Positions 29,952 to 34,585 of a DNA stretch of 34,585 bases are shown here, one piece after another; position 1 is the first letter of the stretch; the number at the start of each line of letters is the position of its first letter. Source of the DNA: Candidatus Bathyarchaeia archaeon (lineage in GTDB: Archaea; Thermoproteota; Bathyarchaeia; TCS64); NCBI GenBank assembly GCA_050014495.1, contig JBEKDF010000029.1, positions 1 to 34,585 on the forward strand, given 5' to 3'. The position numbers were made by a program, and so were the translations under genes. The notes below the pieces were generated by a model, which saw nothing but the letters and a program-made list of their open reading frames with translations, had not been told where the DNA came from and made no database searches.

Positions 29952-30194
29952 GATTGTGTCAAATCAGAGTTATCTTATATACTTAAAGCGGTTTCCGAGA
30001 AGGAATACTTTCTTAGTGCTAACAAAGGAGAGAAGAAACATTCTCCTCTCCGTAAAATCTAAACATGTTTCAGAAAATATTGTGTCAGCGTGGATGGGAT
30101 CGCATCCGAACCAATTTATCCAACTTTTTTAAAATACGCGCGCTGGCTTGAACCGAAATTCATCCGCTGCTAGAATAAGCTTATCTTAACAGTT

Positions 30195-30447
30195 GAGGCC
30201 TCGTCCCCCAACGGTCTGACCAACCAGAGGAGGTGAATTCATCGGGACAAGATGAACACGAGACCCTAGAGACACTTTTTCAAAAACATCGACTTAAGCA
30301 ATTGCCCAACAACAACTCCTCGGATGCTACCACACAATCGGCCCCGGCAGAAAGCCAAGAAACCCGCTCGGCATCCTCAGAGCCCTCCTCATCATGCGAT
30401 TGAAAGGCATCCGCAGCCTACGCGAGCTCACCAGGATCCTCGACGTC
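30195..30447 (+). mobile_element. 5' remnant of an IS transposase (IS5/IS1182-like, DUF772 region)
   Basis: GPGRKPRNPLGILRALLIMRLKGIRSLREL; frameshifted and abruptly joined to AT-rich sequence. Confidence 0.7.
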
Positions 30448-30873
30448 CTTGATTTATCCTTAAAGAAATTACAGAGTAAGAATTTGACGCTTAACAGTTA
30501 TTCTTCTCCCCTTGTTACTGAGGCTATATTTAAAGAAGTTAAGAACGCTGCTGCTAATGGTGGTGATCATATGGAATTACATATCGAACCAGACCATCAA
30601 GCAACCCAACATATATCTATAGAAGGAAAAAAGTTCACAGGTGAATTGAAATGGGGTTAAACTCATCTTGCGTGGGGGGAATTTAATACTTTACAAGACT
30701 TGAAAAATAGAATCAACGATTTAATAAAAGACGAAAATGTTAGAAATCAAATAACTAATTTCATTCTTACAAAGCAGAAATTGGATTCTAGAGAATCTTA
30801 TTCGGAATTTAGAAGAAAAATTAAACAGATAATTGCTGACTTTCATTATTATCAAAAATTTAATCCGACTTAA
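30448..30873 (+). pseudogene. 3' fragment of an AT-rich hypothetical gene with internal TAA
   Basis: Frame stays open ~70 codons on each side of TAA 30658-30660. Confidence 0.5.
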
Positions 30874-30985
30874 CAGATTTTTGTATTAGGGTCAACCATT
30901 TGTTTTCCATTTTTATCTCTATTCCGCAAGCCTCAGAGGGAGTTTTCCCATCTAAACCACTGTACTTAAAAAAATAGACGATCAG

Positions 30986-31243
30986 TCAAACCCTAATGAT
31001 AAATCGAGGAATCGTTTTTTCAACGCTGCCTTCCGAAGGTGTTAGATATATCCAATGATAGATTTTACCGCCCTCTCTTTTCACTTTTCTAGAATTGACA
31101 AGTTTCTGGATGCAATCCTTCACGTCGCTAGTGGAAAGATTCCATTTAGTAGCGAACCTTTCAACGATTTCGTCGGAATCAACTCCACGACAGTAGAAAC
31201 TATTTTCAAGATACTTCAGCAACTCGTCCTTATTCGTCTGCAT
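30986..31243 (-). CDS. Small hypothetical protein, wHTH-like
   Basis: DEIVERFATKWNLSTSDVKDCIQKLVNSRKVKREGGKIY. Confidence 0.55.
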   Translation of the reverse strand: MQTNKDELLKYLENSFYCRGVDSDEIVERFATKWNLSTSDVKDCIQKLVNSRKVKREGGKIYHWIYLTPSEGSVEKTIPRFIIRV

Positions 31244-31300
31244 GTCTAGTACAGATAATGAATATTTTAACATTTAAAGTTATCTGTGTATACAGATTAA

Positions 31301-31468
31301 CTGGACCTCTTTAACCCAAACACAGGACAAGAGGCACTTTCACAATGTCCCTTTCTCAGAAAGGAAAGGAATAAGGCAACCTATGTTTGCCTATTGCACG
31401 ACACACCATTAAAGCCAAAGGTTTGCAAGAATTACGATCCTAACAAGTGTTTGAAACATAAACCATAA
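31301..31468 (+). pseudogene. C-terminal fragment of a YkgJ-family cysteine cluster protein
   Basis: DLFNPNTGQE..CPFLRK..YVCLLHDT.LKPKVCKNY; no start codon. Confidence 0.65.
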
Positions 31469-31715
31469 ACCAAACTTTCTTTCTTTCAACGGTTTATAAA
31501 ACCAAATATTTTACCACTAATAATGTGCTTGGTTATATAGAAACACTCATAGGACCTCCTTCAGCAAGCAAGCATAAAAAACCGTTAAAAAACTAGAACT
31601 TCATCGGATCAATGCAAATAACGACTAAATAAACTGTGTGTAGAGAAATCGTTTAGGTTTATACTAAAACTTATTAATTAATGCAACCATTTTAAATTTA
31701 ATGAATCTACTACAC

Positions 31716-31944
31716 CTGATGCAGTTGGTTACGCTTGGCGTAGCGTGAGCCATGGATCTCTGCGGGGAGGAGGTGGGTAAGGGGTGTTTTGGGGTTTGGG
31801 AGGGGTATTCTGTGGGGGATTTCTGTGTGTTTTCGCTGTTTTAGGGGTGTATTCTATTGGTTTTGTGTCTTTGTGAGTCGTGTTTATTGGGTTGTGGTAT
31901 GTGTGGTGGTTTGGCTGTAAAAACAGGCGTTATTCGGAATCCTC
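31716..31944 (+). mobile_element. 3' end (right TIR) of an IS5-family element
   Basis: Tail LMQLVTLGVA*; GT-rich subterminal tract; TIR GTTATTCGGAATCCTC (14/16 inverted match to 34344-34359) followed by TTAA. Confidence 0.72.
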
Positions 31945-31962
31945 TTAAATTAATAATTAAAT

Positions 31963-32760
31963 TTATATTTTAGTATTATTTAATATTTTCAAATATTTAC
32001 CTACCGTATTTCTGTGTAACCCAGTTTGTTCCGATATTTCTTTAATTGTAATATTAGGATAAATAAGTTTTAATTTATATATTTTTTGATAATTTACATT
32101 CTTATATATAATATTTAATCTAACTTGCTCAATGTTAATATCTTCATTAGATATATAAAATAGCAAAAATTTATCTGACCTATATCGTTTTATCAAATTA
32201 TGCCTTTCCAATGTTGCTAAATGATATTGAGCTTCATTAGGTGACAAATCGTGGATTCTCATTATTTCACGCATATACGATCCAGGATTATTTTGAAGAT
32301 ATTCTAAAATTTTCCTTCTCTTCTCATTTTCTAAGATATTTATACCTTCAAGTTTACCACCAACCGCTGAAATCACTATAGTTATATGATAAACAACATC
32401 ATTTTTTTCTGCCCTTATATTATAGGTAAGATTGTTATCAGATGTTTGATTATAAATTGCAATTAATTTAAAATCGTTTAAAAATGTAAAGATATTATTT
32501 TCACTATAATTCTTCATCAAAACCAAGTGTTCAGGTTTTTTATCTATAATCTGTGAAGATATTGCAAATTCATTATTTCCAGATTGATTACTCGTTTGAG
32601 ACCCAGTTTCTTTATCTATATATGTATTAATAATGTAATTATTCCCAAGAGACACGTTAACAATATAAAATGAAGGTAATATTGATATGATAGTAATAAA
32701 TAAAAATACTAGATTTTTATATTTCAATTTTCCCCGCCAAATGCACATATATTGTACCAA
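31963..32760 (-). CDS. Membrane-anchored protein with C-terminal tandem wHTH regulator domains
   Basis: N-terminal hydrophobic helix; LENEKRRKILEYLQNNPG..QYHL..LE; ITIKEISEQTGLHRNTVGKYL. Confidence 0.75.
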   Translation of the reverse strand: MVQYMCIWRGKLKYKNLVFLFITIISILPSFYIVNVSLGNNYIINTYIDKETGSQTSNQSGNNEFAISSQIIDKKPEHLVLMKNYSENNIFTFLNDFKLIAIYNQTSDNNLTYNIRAEKNDVVYHITIVISAVGGKLEGINILENEKRRKILEYLQNNPGSYMREIMRIHDLSPNEAQYHLATLERHNLIKRYRSDKFLLFYISNEDINIEQVRLNIIYKNVNYQKIYKLKLIYPNITIKEISEQTGLHRNTVGKYLKILNNTKI

Positions 32761-32816
32761 AAGCCTGTTTATGAAATTTGCGGATTACTCTAACTGGTAA
32801 GTAACTGAAGAGGATA

Positions 32817-33392
32817 ATGAAAATGGTTGAAAAGAGAACGTTAGCTAAACTTTTAGTATTATTAGGAGTTTGTATTTTAGGCTCATTTGCAGTATGGCTG
32901 CATACGAACTTTGCATCCGCAAGTAATGCTCAAGTTTCTACTGACTGGGGTGTATCTGCACTAAACCCTGGAAAATTGACCCAAGGAACTCCTCCCGATG
33001 ACCATATTGATGTTTCCACAACTTCCAACTTCCAGAACATCACATATACGACTGGAAGTTCCATTTCAATTCCTTTAACCTTAACTTTTTTCTCTACTAA
33101 TAATACGTCAACAAATATTACTATTGATCCAAAGAGTGGCATAGGTTTAGGTTGCTATATTGCTTTAGGTCCTGGGAAAGGTATTATTAATATTAATGAT
33201 TATATTACTTATAGTTATGAAGGAACATTAACGTTATTAAAAGATAAACCCACTCAGATTGTTATGACAATCAATATGCCAAAAGGTTTATGGACCTCTA
33301 GTGAGGTTCGCAAAGTTTCCCTTGATCTATATGGTGTTGATTGTAATTGTCCAATGAATCTACACTTTAAGGGGGTAATATATGTATCATAA
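32817..33392 (+). CDS. Secreted or membrane-anchored hypothetical protein
   Basis: Signal-like N-terminus; S/T-rich beta-type sequence. Confidence 0.72.
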   Translation: MKMVEKRTLAKLLVLLGVCILGSFAVWLHTNFASASNAQVSTDWGVSALNPGKLTQGTPPDDHIDVSTTSNFQNITYTTGSSISIPLTLTFFSTNNTSTNITIDPKSGIGLGCYIALGPGKGIININDYITYSYEGTLTLLKDKPTQIVMTINMPKGLWTSSEVRKVSLDLYGVDCNCPMNLHFKGVIYVS

Positions 33393-34287
33393 ATTATCCT
33401 TCATCGCTTTGATCACCTTGGTTTCATTATGCTTTATGACTTTCAATGTGAATGCAGTAAAACAACCTTATATGGGTGAATATTTTGACATATCAACAGA
33501 TTATACCACATCGAGAGTAATCTTTTCGACTAAATTTAGCGGAACAGTTCCACTTAACATACCTGCTGGTAATTGGATAGGAAGTGTAATTTCCTCTGCG
33601 GCTGGAACTTCTACAACTAATATAAGTGGAAACACGTACCAGAATGGCTTCCAACTCTTCAATAATTGCTCTGTAATATGGACCCAGAATATTTTTAATA
33701 AAGGGAATTGGTGGTATCATGGAAGAAGAGTAAATGTTGGGGTATATAATGCTATCATATACTATGGTAGAATGGATATTTACCTCAGTTCTGGCACTTA
33801 TTACTGTGATTTCGCATGCTACGCCTATCCCACTCAATCATCCTATAATAACGATCAGCCCACTGTAACCACAAATGTTCATGCTGTATATAGTCAAACG
33901 AATGACCGATGTCTCATAACTGGCAAAACTTATACGAATATCGCTGGTACATATTATTGGATAAAATATACCCAGGCGGGAATAGAAGCAAGTTACGCTC
34001 CAACCAATGCCTGGGACATTAACAATGACCATATTGGTTATATGAACTCACAAGGGTATTGGCACTATGATGCTGGTACAAGTACTAGAGGACCTGTCGC
34101 GTTCGTAACGTATGATAGTACGACACCCTATTTTGTTGGCGGTCTTGATTTAAAAGCCACAGTGAATGGGTCCCCATGGTCAGATGGTGTTAACTGGCAG
34201 GGTTCTACATCTGAACAAGCTGATGGGTCTTCACTTTGGCTCACACAAGGAACCCCTGCCACTCCTCCAAGTATACCCTTTAGTTAA
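33382..34287 (+). CDS. Secreted hypothetical protein
   Basis: Signal peptide ending VNA; Y/W/T/N/G-rich; overlaps the upstream gene. Confidence 0.75.
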   Translation: MYHKLSFIALITLVSLCFMTFNVNAVKQPYMGEYFDISTDYTTSRVIFSTKFSGTVPLNIPAGNWIGSVISSAAGTSTTNISGNTYQNGFQLFNNCSVIWTQNIFNKGNWWYHGRRVNVGVYNAIIYYGRMDIYLSSGTYYCDFACYAYPTQSSYNNDQPTVTTNVHAVYSQTNDRCLITGKTYTNIAGTYYWIKYTQAGIEASYAPTNAWDINNDHIGYMNSQGYWHYDAGTSTRGPVAFVTYDSTTPYFVGGLDLKATVNGSPWSDGVNWQGSTSEQADGSSLWLTQGTPATPPSIPFS

Positions 34288-34343
34288 AAAGAACCATTTA
34301 TTTTTCCCTTTTTTATCAAATTTTTTTTATATTTTAACATTAA

Positions 34344-34585
34344 GAGAATTCCGAAAAACTAGGTTCTCAACTCCCCCTCGGTTAACCTTATAGAAGCAGC
34401 CACAGAACAGCACCCATGAACTCCTTCGACACATACCTCCTCCGCCGAATCTACAAGAAAATAGCTAAACTAGGCGACAAACTCGCCGAAGCAGACGCCC
34501 AGATAGACTGGACAAGCTTCCGACCCATCATCCAAGGCCTCTACACCAACGACACACCAAGAGGTGGAAGACCCAACGCCGACGA
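34344..34585 (+). mobile_element. 5' end of an IS5-family element (left TIR plus transposase start, truncated by the window)
   Basis: TTAA then GAGAATTCCGAAAAAC; ATG 34416: MNSFDTY..LGDKLAE..IDW..FRPII..LY.N..GGRPN. Confidence 0.88.

Noticed and set aside
30394..30660. 88-aa ORF as a real gene
   Set aside because: Chimera of a transposase stub and an unrelated gene fragment

Overview
Archaeal chromosomal segment; gene content (radA, hjc, SUI1, orc1/cdc6, PAC2, Lhr) suggests Bathyarchaeia, which is an inference. 1-21.6 kb is mostly housekeeping: Lhr helicase, glycosyltransferase, AMMECR1, Mut7-C, CBS-zinc ribbon, PAC2, RadA, aIF1, ACT regulator, Hjc, LonC-type protease, TrxB/Trx, enolase, methyltransferase, AIR-synthase-like protein, Cdc6 with one ORB-like box, wHTH and PPOX. 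From ~22.66 kb an accessory island begins: a truncated M20 peptidase, then an atypical tyrosine recombinase. The main unexplained structure is at ~24.75-28.74 kb. Five copies of a 32-bp non-palindromic repeat (TCAATAGCCTTATCCTCACYTCCACCTGATAC) separate single genes, and in three cases the ATG follows after exactly 17 nt. These cassettes form two arrays pointing outward from a symmetric, largely non-coding core made of nested inverted arms and a cluster of TGTTTAAGAGTAT-like repeats. This is a candidate integron-like cassette platform and/or an iteron-type origin. Three conserved genes also carry single in-frame TAG codons. The right end holds IS remnants and an AT-rich three-gene cargo bracketed by IS5 ends.
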